NCBI RefSeq assembly: GCF_030684315.1
Contig: NC_081387.1
Coordinates: 18,231,309-18,295,308 of the forward strand
Length of the DNA stretch: 64,000 nt
Reading direction: 5' to 3'
Source: Stegostoma tigrinum
Lineage: Eukaryota
A model generated the notes under the pieces. That model saw nothing but the letters and a program-made list of their open reading frames with translations, did not search any database and had not been told where the DNA came from. The position numbers and the translations under genes were made by a program. Each line of letters begins with the position of its first letter. Within the stretch, counting starts at the first letter, position 1. Positions 50,988 through 64,000 of this stretch are shown here, one piece after another.

Positions 50988-51895
50988 CGAACCTGATGAC
51001 ACTGTTGATTCTTTCTCAAGGGAAGTGTGGCCTTTCCCAAGGAATCACTTGCTACATGAGGGCCATGGCAACGGCAGATTTGATGGTACTTGTCTTCAAC
51101 GTGATTGTGAATGAGATAATCATGAATCATTTCCCAGGCTCGCCGATGAACTACACTTCCATCTGCCGACTCAATACTTTCCTGCAAGGGCTGAGCCTCC
51201 ATCTCTCCATCTGGTTCACCATAGCCTTCACCTTTGACCGCTTTGCAGTAATTTGCTGCCACAGATTGAAGGTGAGGTATTGCACTGAAAGAACGGCCAA
51301 TGTGGTCATATCCACAGTGAGCGTGCTTAACATTATAATTAACATTCCCTTACCTTTTCGCTATGAGGCTGCTTATGTTGTGAACAGTGTACAGTGGGGC
51401 TGCCGTACCATCACTAGTTATCACACTTCACCAGGCTGGGCAGCTCACCGGTGGGTCACCAACATCTCAAACATTTTGCTTCCTATTCCCCTGCTCCTGT
51501 TGTTGAATTCTCTCACTGCCCGGCACATCCTAGTGGCCAGCAGAGCTCGCCGAGCCCTGAAGAGCAGCAGCGGTGGTGGTGCTGGGAAGCTGGGCAGAGA
51601 CCCCGAGCTGAAGAGCAGGAGGACGTCCATCATTCTGCTCTTCACCATCTCTGGGTGTTTCATACTGCTGTCGCTGCCCATCACTGTGATCCATATCTGT
51701 GTCGGTGTCACCCAGACAGTGGCATTCCATGGATCAAACTCACTGTATTTGGCAATCAGGGCAACATTTCTGATGATGTGCACCAGCTCCTGCACAAACA
51801 CATGTATTTATGCACTGACCCAGAGGAGGTTCAGAGAGGAGATGAAGAAACTGGTCAAATCTCCCTGTTCTATTCTCTGTAAGCTACATATGTAA
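50988..51895 (+). CDS. GPR139-like GPCR gene 4, exon 2 (spliced product 323 aa)
   Basis: Acceptor ttttcag|CGAAC. Intact ORF with DRFAVICC and NTCIYALTQRRFREE. Confidence 0.9.
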
Positions 51896-52279
51896 TTTTC
51901 ATTTACGGAGGAGTTGATGGTGTAAGTATAACATCACTGGACCAACAATCCAAAATCCAAAAGCTAATATTTTAGGTTCTGTGGCCAAATCCCGCCATGA
52001 CAAACTTGCATTCATAAAACAAAACTCACCCAACAGTGGCTATGCAGCCATTATTGGCTCTTAATCTCGAAAGCTACTTGCTATCTGAGAACTAACATTG
52101 TAAAGGAATTCTATCTTCTTTATCTGGTCTGTTCCACATGCGACAACAGACCTACAGCCATGTTTCGGACTCTTAACTGCCCTCTGGTCAATAGATGCCA
52201 ATCTCGCTAAATCTAAATGAACAAAATTTATGTGTCTCTGCGTGGAAGCCATCTGACAAACTGTGATCTCCAGCATCTG

Positions 52280-52860
52280 AGATAGTAGAAAGTGCAGATG
52301 CTGGAGAATTTGAGATAACAAGGTGTAGAGCTGGATGAACACAGAAGGCCAAGCAACACCAGAGGAGCAGGAAAGCTGATGTTTCGGGACTAGACCCTTC
52401 TTCAAAAATGGAGGAGTGGAAGGGGTTTATGAAATAAATAGGGAGAGAGGGGGAGGCGGATATAAGATGGATAGACGAGAAGACAGATGGAGAGGAGACA
52501 GACAGGTCAAAGAGACGGGGATAAAGCCATTGAAGATGCATGTATTTGGGGAGTTATGGGGGGCGATAGGTTTGCCCAGGGGGAATGGATACATCAAGGG
52601 GGTGGGATGAGGCTAGTATGTAGGAGATGGTGATGGGGCTTGAGGTGGGAGGAGGTGATAGGTAGGAGGAAGGACAGGTAAAGGAGGCAGGAACAAGCTG
52701 ATTTTGGGATGCGGTAGGGGGAGGGGAGATTTTGAAGCTTGTGAAGTTCACGTTGATACCATTATACTGCAGATTTTCCAAGCAAAATATGTGGTGCTGT
52801 TCCTGCACACTTCGGGTGGCATTGTTGTGGCACTGTAGGAGGCCCAGAATGGACATTTGA
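52280..52860 (-). mobile_element. Penelope-like 3' fragment
   Basis: MSILGLLQCHNNATRSVQEQHHIFCLENLQYNGINVNFTSF plus terminal region with a degenerate hammerhead core. Confidence 0.85.
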
Positions 52861-54227
52861 GTTTGATAAACGAAGGTTACAGAAATCACTAGCCAGGCGT
52901 CAGTCCTGTCTTTTTTTGACAATGCCGTTGCCACCAAACAGCTGTTCAATTATCAGCTCCTTTTTGCCAGCAGTGACTGCGATATATGGACGGGCCTGCA
53001 GCAACTCATTTAGATTCATCTCGTCCATGTGGTTCAATGGAAGATCTTTTGAAGCTTTCACTCTTTCTCTGTATATTTGCCCCTGTCTTTCTCACTCTCT
53101 CTCCCCCTCTGAATGCTCCTCTGTTTCTCTTTACCTCTCTGCCTCTCTATGACCTCACCCACATCTTTGTCCCTCTCCACCATTTATTTGTTTTCCATTC
53201 TCTGTCCTGCACTCTCTGCTGTACTATTTAAACTCCCCTCAGAGTCTCGCTCTCTCCTCTACCTTCTTGAAATACAGAGGCTTCCTGACCTGATGTTTGT
53301 TTCTGATATTTTGCCAAATCTAACTAATCCGAATGTAGAAAAATCATGATTGCCTCCTGAAACATCTGCTCAATGTTTAGCACGAGGTGAACTTCTTCTT
53401 CAGGCATCTTCAGCATAATGTAAACCTGTCTATGGAATTAATTTTAACCACAGTCAAAACAACACACGAAACAAACTTTAGAATTTCTAATTTTTTCAAC
53501 TTTCCCTTCTCATGAGCTAAAGTGCATCCAAGTTAGAGCTGAATTTATGGCCTTTTCATGTTATTTTAGCTGAAAGAAATGTTCATTTTCCCACAATTTG
53601 TGTGGATATCATTTATTTTGTTAAAGAATCCAAAGTAGCTCTGAAGGGAGAGAAGCAACTTTCCAACAGATAGGTGAATGCACAATGTCATTGACGAGGT
53701 ACGGTCATGTTATTGAGAGCTTTTCCGAAGAATGTTCACAGAATAGAACGGGAGACGTGAGTGTGTCACTTTGTCATCAGCATATACGTAGGCTTTACTG
53801 AACGATAAAAAGTGGTGGCTCTTTTTCTGATAAAAATCTGGGATGTAAATGCCACACTGGAGTAATGAAACGGCAATCTAGTCTCATTAATTTCAGACTC
53901 ATCGTGAAGGTTAAAGACCCTATATTCAACTTAGCTTCCTAATGCCTTGCAAACCTGAAGAATACCATTTATCAATGTGTACACAAGAACAATCATATCA
54001 CTCTGCATCTCAGAACTCCACCAACTCATCATTTAGAAAAGATAGTATTTCTCAATCTTGTTGATAAAAGTGACAATTTCTCATGTTCTGTGTGTGTACT
54101 TTTACAATGAGGTTATTAAATAGCCCTTTCTTGATGCATGATGCAGGGTGCAAAATAACCTCACCTCTCAGATGTTTCCTCATAAACGGCTCCAAAAGTC
54201 CATCTCATGCACATTCCACAGAGGAAT

Positions 54228-54520
54228 GTGGTAATGTCACGGGAAATTCAATGAACAAATAACATAGGTTCCTATATTAATGGTCTGGGGTCAGAGATTC
54301 CAATCGCCAAATGGCAGTTGTTGTCATTTGAATTCAATAAAAATATACCCTAATTGCAAAGAGATGAGTACTTCTGACCATTAGGTTCACTGATCTCCTT
54401 TAGGTATCTGGTACAGCCTACATTTGACCCAGATTGGCAGCAATAGGGCTGACTCTAAAAATGGCCATCAAGATAGTCTGTCCATGGACAATTTGTGATA
54501 GGTAATAATTCTGGGCCAGC
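54228..54520 (+). mobile_element. Old tRNA-headed SINE-like repeat, free-standing copy
   Basis: gtggtaatgtcac...atttgaattcaataaaa...ggttcactgatctcctttagg...gactctaaaaatggcc. Confidence 0.55.
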
Positions 54521-56759
54521 CAGCATTCGACAAATGTATACAATAAAAATTCCAAGTGTTTGTCTCCATTCTGTTGGTATTCATTTGATTTACCCAGGCT
54601 GTACATAAATTATCATCAGCCAATATTGTTGCATTCCCTTAGTCAGATGTACTTCATGTTGAAATTAATTTCCTTCCGGAACTAGCGCTGCTATTTTCTG
54701 TTCCATGAGCCCTCCAAACAATTATTATTGCTCATCGTGGTTATGTAGCATTGATACTCCACATCTTTACCTTTTGTTACAAGACCTTCAGTTTCCAACT
54801 TGGTCACCCTGCAACAATGTCTCCTTTATGCCAATCAGATCACACATATTTATTCTACGTGAGCCAGCAATTTACCTGTTTTGTTGCAAATATCCTATAT
54901 ACTCTACTTCATATTACTGTATATTATGAAACTATTTAATGTTGGAATCCTCGAGAAGAAAATCAGAGGATTAGAGTTACACAGCATGGAAACAGACCCT
55001 TCAGCCCAACAGTTCCTGCGGCCTAAAATCTCAAATTAAAATAGTCCTATCTGTTTTTGATTGACCAATATCCCTGCAAATATTTCTTATTCATACACTT
55101 ATTCAAATGACTTTTAAACGTTGCAACTGCCCTCTTCACCTCTTCCTCTGTAAGTTCATGCCACATACAAGGCATTGAATGCATCTCAAAAAAACCCAAT
55201 GTACCTCTTGAAGATGAGGAAAGGCTTGGAGTTTTAGATTAAGATTAGGATTGACATTTGTTGGTGGGTCATGTCCAAGGTTTGTACAAAATAGATTTTC
55301 AACATGCGTACTTGGGAGGTCTTCGGGAAAAGTGTTTTTTGATGGGCATCATGGTGAAACGACTGTTCAGTTCTGATTCTGTCAGATCGTTTGTAATCCA
55401 GACTTACCAAAAGACTTGATGGGATATAAATAACAGAATGAAATTCAACCGTGGCAGTCTCATGACCCACTGGGAAAGTGATCTGATGATCAAACTCTGC
55501 TGACGCTGGTTTAGCCCAAAGTTTAAAGGTTTAACCAAACTAGCAAGAAGTTCTCAATTTGCTTTTCTCATAAACTCACGTTAATAGAAATCACTGAATA
55601 GATTTCTGTAGATAATAAAAAACTCCTGTTCATTGTGACGAAATCAGATCTAATCAAGAGAAACCTGAAAATAAAGCATCAATTTACCATGTATCAGTTG
55701 GAACTCTTTGCCCTCTTCTTATTGCACTACACACACATGCACAACAAACAAAGAAAGTGCGAAGGGCATTGAACCCCAATGAATTGTTGTTCACTCCCTG
55801 CTCTTACTTGACTGATAAGATCCCAAGCATTTTCCTTCTGTGAGTTTACGCACATTCATCAGACTTGTTTCTCTCCATTAGTCCCTCTCTCTCTCATCAG
55901 GGGAGACGCACAGAAGCTAAGTCTGAAAAAAGAAACTGTTACATTTTCCCAGCTCTATCTACATGGGCTGCTAATACAGCAATTTTCCCAAGTTTGATGA
56001 CCTGGTTACTGTCAAATCTGTACTTCTTCTGCTGGTACACATGTTTTCTCTTCGAGCTGGACTTCCTCGGGTTATCTCGTCATCAACCTTAATCTGGGTT
56101 TTAACTCATAAATTAAGCACACAAGCTGAAGTTTACCTTCATCAAAGAGTCATCATCTGGTCATTTTGCTTAAGTCACATGATTTCTCAGAAATGTTTCT
56201 TTGTCCATAATTTCAATAAATAATTATCTGACACTTTGTTTAAGCAAACCACCTGCACAGAATAGAAAATCAAAAACCCAAAATCGTTCAGCTTTCCTTC
56301 CAACTCAATGTGCCCAGATATTAGTGATGCTTTATCAACATTCCTGACAGGCTCATGAGAAGTCTCAATTTTGATTTGAAGCAGGGCGCACTTTCAAAAT
56401 AACTAACTGTGGGTGCTGGCGATCAGAAACTAAAGCAGAAATCACTGGAGATACTCAGTAGATCTGGCTGTACATTGGGAGAGAAAGCACAGGTAAAATT
56501 TCAGGGCCAGTGACCCTTTTCCAGACACTTCTTCAATGGTGGAACATGTCTGTCAAAGCCTTGCTTTGTCACTGCCTTTCCACGTAACAGCGATTCCATC
56601 AATCACCCAATTTGGAGGCAGAAATTATGATTTTTGAACTATCCTGCTGCAGCTCACTGAAATTCATTCTGATCAATGTGGAAAAATGAAAGATATGATG
56701 AATTTTTCACTGTCTTTCCTCTGTAACATTGACCCACTTTGCCGCTTCCTGTGTTCCCC

Positions 56760-56940
56760 TGTCATTCTTTCCTTCTTTCTCTGTGTCACTATCGTGCTCT
56801 CCCATTGCTTCACTATGCTGGATTCCACTCTCTCTGTCTCTCTCTTTCTTTCTGTCTTCCTTTCTCTCAATCTTTCTCTGCATCTCTATGTCAATATCTC
56901 TCTCTCTCTCTCACAGTGTCAACCCACTCTCTCTCTCCAT
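56760..56940. repeat. CT-rich low-complexity/microsatellite tract
   Basis: (CT)n runs. A similar tract lies at ~53060-53265. Confidence 0.8.
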
Positions 56941-58519
56941 GATGCTTCCTAACCTATTATGTATTTGTGATATTTTCTGTCGTTATTTCAGATTTTGGTC
57001 ATTTCACTTTTGTGTAAATTCAACTAATTCGAAGGCAGTAATATATTACAAATGCTTCGGAAAACACTCTTCAATGTTTCACACTGGTTGAACTTTCTTT
57101 CTTTTTTGGTCAGCTCATAGAATTTCGAAATCTGTTTTCCAAAGTGATTGTAACCACAGTCAAAACTACTCAATGAATGAATTTAAGCATTTCTCATTTT
57201 TCAACCGTCCCTCCTCAAGAGCAACTGCAAATTCTAAGTTACAAATGTGTTTAAAGTTGTTTTCAAATATTTCACGGTGAAATATTCTAATCATGAGCCA
57301 CTCTTCTTTGCATTCAAATCCCCTTGCAATAAAAGGTATTTTCCCTCCCACTGGGCCTTGCTTTCTGGGAATACCAGTATTTTCCAATTCATATGCTCCC
57401 ACACCCAAATCCCTACACATCTCAGAGCTCTGTCATCTCATTAAAAAGGATGAGATCATTCTTCATTCCTCTTGCCAACACTGACAATTTTAAAGTTTTA
57501 AATGTAATACGCTGTCTTCTATTTCTGTTGCTTGTGCTTAATTTATCTTTGTCGACTTCTTCTGTCTTAACAATAACTTCACTTTCTATCTATTTTGGTG
57601 AAGTAGCAAAAATATAAATCGTACATTTTGTCCATTTTTAAGCAAGTGATTTCGCAAATTTATGAATATTTGAGGCCTCAGAGCTTCGCCCATGATGTAC
57701 CACTTGTCATAAATTGCTACAACAAAAAGATCGATTTATATCTTCCACCTGTTTCCAATCAGCCAGATAATCTATTTGTGTGTCAATACTTTATCCACGG
57801 CACCATGAGATTTCATTTTCTGCAGCAGCCTTTGATGTAGCACCTGACCAAATATTTCCTGGCTACTGAAACACAGTATGACCATTAGGATCGCTTCATG
57901 GCTTACCTTCCTTTTGCAAAGAAGGCCACAAGTTGCTAAAACATGACTTCATTGTTCGAAGCCTGCTGGATTCCACCCGATCATTTTGAGCTTTTCAATC
58001 TGTTGAAATAAAAATGTGCATAAGAATAACTTTTTAACGTTCTCTCACATCCAAAGGTCTGTGTCTTTGTTCTCAAGGTGTTTAAGATGGCCCTAATTTC
58101 CTCATTAATGCTAGTTTTTGAAATAATGAATCCAAGGATTTGTTCTGACTTGGTATCTAAATAGGCTGTTTGGTGTAACTCTCTCAATTCAGGACCTGAA
58201 TTTCTATTAGCAAAGATGAACTAAACATGTCAGCCATTCTCTCTTTTCCATCAGCTTCTGTTCTGAGGTTTTTTTTGATGATTGCTTCAAGGAACTGAAT
58301 GTCCAATTCATCTCCCTTTTCTGAAGACTCCTCCCTTTCGTTTCTAATTCTATTAACGTAAGGTATAGTTGCAACATTGTCAAGAAGCATCCCAGGTGTT
58401 CATACTTCAACCATTTCACGCTCAGTCCATCCAATATATTTGAAACAGCCAGGCCACTTTGTAAGATACAATCAACCGGGTTTTTGTGACACTATTTCCA
58501 GGGTAAATTCACCATTTAA

Positions 58520-59608
58520 GATGGCTGTCTGAAAGAAGGCAAAGAGTTGGGATAAAAGGCTCTTTTTCGGAATGGCAACCGGTGACGAATGGTGTCCCAC
58601 AGGGTTCAGTGTTGGGTCCACAGCTGTTCACCTTATATATTAATGATCTGGATGAAGGGACTGGGGGCATTCTGGCGAATTTTGCCGATCATACGAAGAG
58701 AGTGGACAGGCAGGCGATACTGAGGAGGTGGGGAAGCTGCAGAAAGATATACACAGTTCAAGAGAGTGGTCCAGGAAATGGCTGATGAAATTCAATGTGA
58801 GTAAATGTGAAGCTTTGCACTTTGGAAAAAAGAATACAGGCATGGACTATTTTCTAAACGGTGAGAAAATTCACAAATCACAAGTACAAAAGGATCTGGG
58901 AGTGTTGGTCCAGGATTCTCTAAAGGTTAACTTGCAGGTAGAGTCCGTAATTAAGAAAGCGAATGTAATGTTGTCGTTTATCTCAAGAGGGTTGGAATAT
59001 AAAAGCAGCGATGTGCTTCTGAGGCTTTATAAGGCTCCAGTTAGGCCCCATGTAGAATACTGTGTCAATTTTGGGCCCCACACCTCAGGAAGGACATACT
59101 AGCCCTGGAGCATGTCCAGCAGTGATTCACACGGATGATCCCTGGAATGGTACGTTTAACATATGATGAACGGCTAAGGATCCTGGGATTGTATTCATTA
59201 CAGTTGAGAAGGTTGAGGGGAGATCTAATAGAAACTTACAAGATAATGTCTGGTTTAGAAGGGGTGGACGCTAGGAAGTTATTTACGTTAGGCAGGGAGA
59301 CTAGGACCCGTGGGCACAGCCTTAAAATTAGAGGGGGTAAATTTAAAACTGAAATGAGATGACATTTCTTCAGCCAGAGAGTGGTGGGCTTGTGGAATTC
59401 ATTGCTGAAGAGTGCAGTGGAGGCCGGGACGTTGGATGCCTTCAAGGCAGAGATCGACAAATTCTTGATCTCAAAAGGAAACAAGGGCTACGGGAGAGTG
59501 CAGGGAAGTGGTGTTGAAATGCCCATCAGCCATGATTAAAATGGCGGAGTGGGCATGATGGGCCGAATGGCCTTACTTTCACCCTATATCTTATGGTCTT
59601 ATGGTCTT
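58520..59608 (+). mobile_element. 5'-truncated CR1 LINE with 6-bp TSD
   Basis: GVPQGSVLGPQLFTLYINDL, WLMKFNVSKCEALHFG. (TCTTATGG)n tail. TSD ATTTAA at 58514-58519 and 59609-59614. Empty paralogous site at ~26587. Confidence 0.92.
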
Positions 59609-61079
59609 ATTTAATGATTCCCTCTTTAATTCGTCTCGACATAAAGAGATTCGATTGAAGCTGTCTGTTGAGCACCCATTCACATTTGTTCTTCCACCAG
59701 AGAGGATCAGTGGAATCATCAGTCAACATTACTGACTGATTTGATGTTCTTTTCTTTCTTCACACTCTTGGTTTGGGGAATTAAGAAAGTCCTCTTGTTT
59801 TGAAATATCAATAAAATGCAAACCCAATATTCTTCTGATTCTTTGTATCAACAGATGAGAGAGAATATGCCCTGAACAACACACTTTTGATTTTAGTGCC
59901 CATTTCCTTCCGAGATACACAGTTTTTGGACGATCCATCTGCCTTTCCCATAACTGCAATTGGTATTCCACTTAAAAACTAACAATCAGGTTCTGTAAAC
60001 CCAGCATTATTTCAATGGATCCAATCCTTTGTATCATTTTAAGTCGGGGGCTTTCAGCTTCATGAATTGAACTTGAATTGACACTTGATAAAGCTGGCTC
60101 ATAGGGGATATTTCCTCATGTGGGGCAATCGTGATCTGTCACGGTTTTCACAGAAGTGACAGCAGGATGAAAGGATGGATGAGGAGAAATTTCTTTCCAC
60201 AAGAGTCATCATTCGGTAGAATGTACAGAGGATGCTGGGGAATTGAGAAACTTTGCAGAAAGGGTGGAGAGATTTTTAATTTATAACGGCTTAAGGTGTT
60301 ATGGTCTTCCTGGTGTCTAAGGCAAAATACAAAGTTCTATGATAAGTTGACAGTCATGGACTTTATCGGACTTTCATTCTAAATTACAGCAGTGCAGAGG
60401 CCCCTTACAGAAAAGTATTAAGAAAGGAAAAAATATCAGAATGAACATAGGAATGGTCGAGGGACAGAATGCTTCTTATGCAGAGATCTCTTGGGAAAAA
60501 GACGTATTCCTGGAACTTAAAACTACAGGTGTACGCTGATGAGAACAATTTTCATCGACAATGTCAGCAGCAAATATAAATTAAACCAATGTAATATAAA
60601 ATGCCCTGACTTAAACACATTTGAATAAAATTTCCTTCTAATGACAAACATTTTAATTTGTATGTGTATGTATAATAATCCTCATGGTGTATAGCATCGA
60701 AATCATGACAGGAAGATTTTTTCTGCTGGAAAATGGAAAATGTCTCTTTAAGAATGCTTTTATCATTAGTTACTGAATGTACATATTATAGGTAGGAACA
60801 GAAGGGCAATGTTAGAAAGAAGAAACTTGGGCTAATGTTGCACAGTTGTAGGATTCCTCTCTCTGGGCTACAAAGCCTGGGTTGGAATCCCATTATCTTC
60901 AGATCCATGTCTCAGCAAAGGTTGATTGAAAAGGGTGAAACTTGATTCTTACTATCTACCTCCTGGGACACGTGATGCCCTGCACCCGACTAGGGTCAGG
61001 CTGAAAGAATCAGATCTCTCGTGGCTCTCTCAGAAGTCAGATCTCAAGAGCATGAAAGGCACTGGCCCACGTTCTTTCG

Positions 61080-61260
61080 GGATCACAGAGTTCATTGTAA
61101 ATCCTGCTCAATGCCAGGACATGTTAACTTCTGTTTTTTTTTTCAAAACATTGAGCCTCATGAGACCTGTTCACGCTCCCATGAGACCATTAGCTTCTGT
61201 ATAAATTGAGTTCTATTCAACATATAGCCTCATTTTGACTGTTTCTGTGTTCAGCCAAAA
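61080..61260 (+). promoter_or_regulatory. Putative core promoter of GPCR locus 5
   Basis: TATAAAT at 61200 (61 nt before ATG), Inr-like TCATTTT, conserved upstream block. Confidence 0.55.
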
Positions 61261-61660
61261 ATGGGATCAGAAGAGCTTCCAATAGAAATTCTCTACCCAA
61301 TTCTTGCAATCAACAGGACTCATTGGGCCCTGAAGAGCAGCAGCAGTGATGCTGGAGAAACAGGGAGAGATCCTGAACAGAAGAGCAGGAAGACCACCAC
61401 CATTCTGCTCTTTGTCATTTCCAGCTACTCCGTGGTCCAGTCGGAGCCCATCACCACCCTTCACATCTGTATTGGCTTTACCCGGGTGGTGGATTTCCAA
61501 GGTTCAAACTCGCTCTACTGAGCATTCAGGGCAACGTCCCCGCTGTGTTGAACCAGCACCTGCACAAACACTTGCATTTACGCACTGTTCCAGAGGAGAT
61601 GCAGACAGGGGATGAAGAATGTGATGAAATCTCCCTATTCTCTGCTCTGTAAACTAACTC
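61261..61660 (+). pseudogene. Internally deleted GPR139-like GPCR: exon 1 fused in frame to ICL3-TM6 (86-aa ORF), TM7 remnant after the stop
   Basis: MGSEELPIEILYPILAI|NRTHWALKSSSS..KSRKTTTILLFVISS..DFQGSNSLY*, then TCTNTCIYALFQRRCRQ. Confidence 0.88.
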
Positions 61661-61909
61661 AATATTTGAATTTCTTGGGCTTGTTGGGGAGGTGACAACC
61701 AGTGTAATGAACGCGTCACTAAGTCCCTAACCCAGGCCATGTCCTGAGATACAGTTTCAAAATCTCAGACAAATTTTCAAATGTCTCAGAGTGTGAGAAA
61801 AAAAGAGTCATCAGTGGCACTGCCTCTACGACAGGCGTTAGATGTTCAAGTCCTACTCTCAGCATGTAACTAAGGATGGTGAGTTCTGAAGGTTTTCAAA
61901 CAAGTTGAT

Positions 61910-62708
61910 CAAACTTGGCCGATGGAGTACAATGCTGGTAAGTGTGAGGTCATCCATTTTGCAGCACGCTGCTTTGCAGAGGGACTTGGGAGTCCACGTG
62001 CATGAATCGCTAAAAGGAGGACTGCAGTTGCAGCAGGTCAATAAAAAAAGGCAAATGGAATTTTGTCTGTCATTGCTCTCGGGATGGAGTTTAAAAACAG
62101 GGAGGCTATGCTACAGCTGCAGAGGATCCAGGTGAGGCCACACCTGGAGTACTGTGTGCAGTTTTGGTCTCCTTACTTGAGAAGGGACATACTCACACTG
62201 GAAGGGGAGCAGAGAAGATTCACTCGTTGATTTTAGAGTTGAGAGGGTTAGATTATGAAGATAGACTGAGTAGGCTGGGATTATACTCGTTGGAATTCAG
62301 AAGAATGAGGTGAGATCTTCAAGAAATGTTCAACATTGTCAAGAGAATAGATAAGGTGGGAGCAGGAAGGGTGTTTCCACGAGCAGGTGAAACTAGCACT
62401 TGGAGCCATAGCCTCAAAAAAAGGGAAGCAGATGGAGGACTGAGGTCAGAAGGGACCTCTTCACCCAAAGGGTTGTGATTCTGTGGAATTCCCTGCCAGT
62501 GAAGCGATTAAAGCTACCTCACTGAATGTTTTTTTAAGGCAAGGCTAGATAATTTTTGAACAGTAAGGGAATTGAGGGTGATGGTGATGGGCGGGTAAGT
62601 GGAGCTGAGTCTCAGAAAGATCAGCCATGATCTTATTGAATGGCAGGGCAGGATCGAGGGGCCAGATAGCCTACTGCTGCTCCTATTTCTTATGCTCTAA
62701 TATTGTTA
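61910..62708 (+). mobile_element. 5'-truncated CR1 LINE (duplicate of 389-1190)
   Basis: Same junctions (TGAT) and sequence. Confidence 0.85.
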
Positions 62709-63814
62709 TGATTGTCAGTCGGTACATCCTCCCAACCAATGCCAACAGCAGTTGGTCAGAGCAAGAGCTGTCCCCTTATCAGCTGAATCCTCAGCTACAA
62801 CTGTCCTCCTGACAACAACAAGCATGAGCAAGGTTCATGTTGTCACAGCTGCTCGAACTCACTGAGCAAACAGTGACATGTTGTGACATGAAACAACAAG
62901 CAGCAAGTAAGACAAGTCGCAGCTTTTCATTCTTGATGGAACTGCTTGGCAATGGGACAGTGAGTGTCAATGCTATCTCGGTGCACTGACGTCCCAGGAG
63001 CATTAGCACGAGGAGCAAGAGTTGGCCATTCAGCCCCTTCTGTCCGCTCTGCCATTTTTCTGATCTCATCTCTGCCTCAACTCCACTTTCCTGCTCATTC
63101 TCTTAGCTTTTCAACCCGTTACTCATTAAAAGTCGGTTCATCTCTTTCTTATATTTACTCAATGTCCTTATCACAGATTCATGACACTTTGAGAGAATTA
63201 TTTCCTCCTCATTTCTGTTTTAAATTTGCTACTCCCTGAACCTGAAACATTGGTCTCTTATTCTAGACTGTCGCAGCATGAGGAAACGTCATCTCTATGT
63301 CTACTTTGTCATTGCATCCTGCACTCAGATGTGCTTCACGTGGATTTCCTCTCATTCTCTCTCGACTTTTTTGAGAACGGGCTGAAAATGCTCAATATGT
63401 CATCATAAGATGAACCTCTCATGTCTCATCTCTCAAATCAATCCAGTGAACCTGCTCTAAACTCCATCCAATGCAACTCCATCCCTCCTCCAGCCAGAGA
63501 CCCAAAGCTGTACTGAATGCTGCAGTTGGAAGCTCACTAATGTTTGGGACATTTGCTGCAGAATGAACACCGTGTTTATGCTGCATTCTTTGAGGAGTAA
63601 ATGCCAAAATTTCATTTACTTTCTTTGTTAGAGGAAGGCGAATTGCCCTGAACAGTCCATTGTCTGTGTATCAGTGTGCTCCAGTTTCAAGTCACAGAGA
63701 TTCAGCACATCCTCAGTGACTGGCAGCCCTAAATGCCTTTCCCCTTATTCTGCAACTGTATCCATTGGTACAGCCAGGGAATATCTCCTTTCGGTTCTAT
63801 CCTTAGACTTAGCA

Positions 63815-64000
63815 CCCTTACAATGCCAAAATAATCCCTTCAACCCAACAAATCCACGCTGACTCTCACCCAGCCCCACCCTTCTATAACCAACTTAACC
63901 TAAATCCTCACTGAACGCTGTGGGCAAGTGAGCATGGCCAACCCACCTAGCCTGCACATCTTTGGACTGGGGTGGAAACTGGACCACCCGGAGGATACCA
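63815..64000 (-). mobile_element. HE1-like SINE, partial at window edge
   Basis: Paralog of 2300-2586. cctgcacatctttggactgggg..aaactggaccacccggagg. Confidence 0.7.

Larger units (their letters stand above)
44085..61700 (+). repeat. Segmental duplication copy 2 of the two-gene GPCR block
   Basis: Colinear with 12602-32200. Confidence 0.85.
61518..64000 (+). repeat. Recent segmental duplicate of the window start (1-~2460), offset ~61.5 kb
   Basis: Near-identical sequence, including the same CR1 insertion (389-1190 / 61910-62708) and the same premature GPCR stop. Confidence 0.95.

Overview
Eukaryotic, repeat-rich DNA. The CR1 LINEs, Penelope-like elements and HE1-type SINEs point to a shark or other elasmobranch (inference). 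The window holds a tandem cluster of six + strand rhodopsin-class GPCR loci of the GPR139-like family expanded in cartilaginous fishes. Each complete gene has a TATA-like box 61 nt before the ATG, a 64-nt coding exon 1, a phase-1 intron built largely from old CR1, and a ~900-nt exon 2. Two genes look intact (16821-24467, 48304-51895). One has an intact exon 2 but no visible exon 1 or promoter (7735-8642). One is a pseudogene (28377-32186), one is an in-frame exon1/exon2 deletion fusion (61261-~61660), and a 3' remnant of that fusion type sits at the window start. The cluster grew by nested segmental duplication (~31.5 kb and ~61.5 kb offsets). Notable details: donor-dead copies of exon 1 inside the introns, a likely gene-conversion patch, SINE-derived 3' UTRs, a near full-length CR1, a young Penelope copy with a hammerhead ribozyme motif, and fold-back Penelope mini-insertions. 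All alignments and counts were done by eye, and repeat boundaries without a TSD are approximate.
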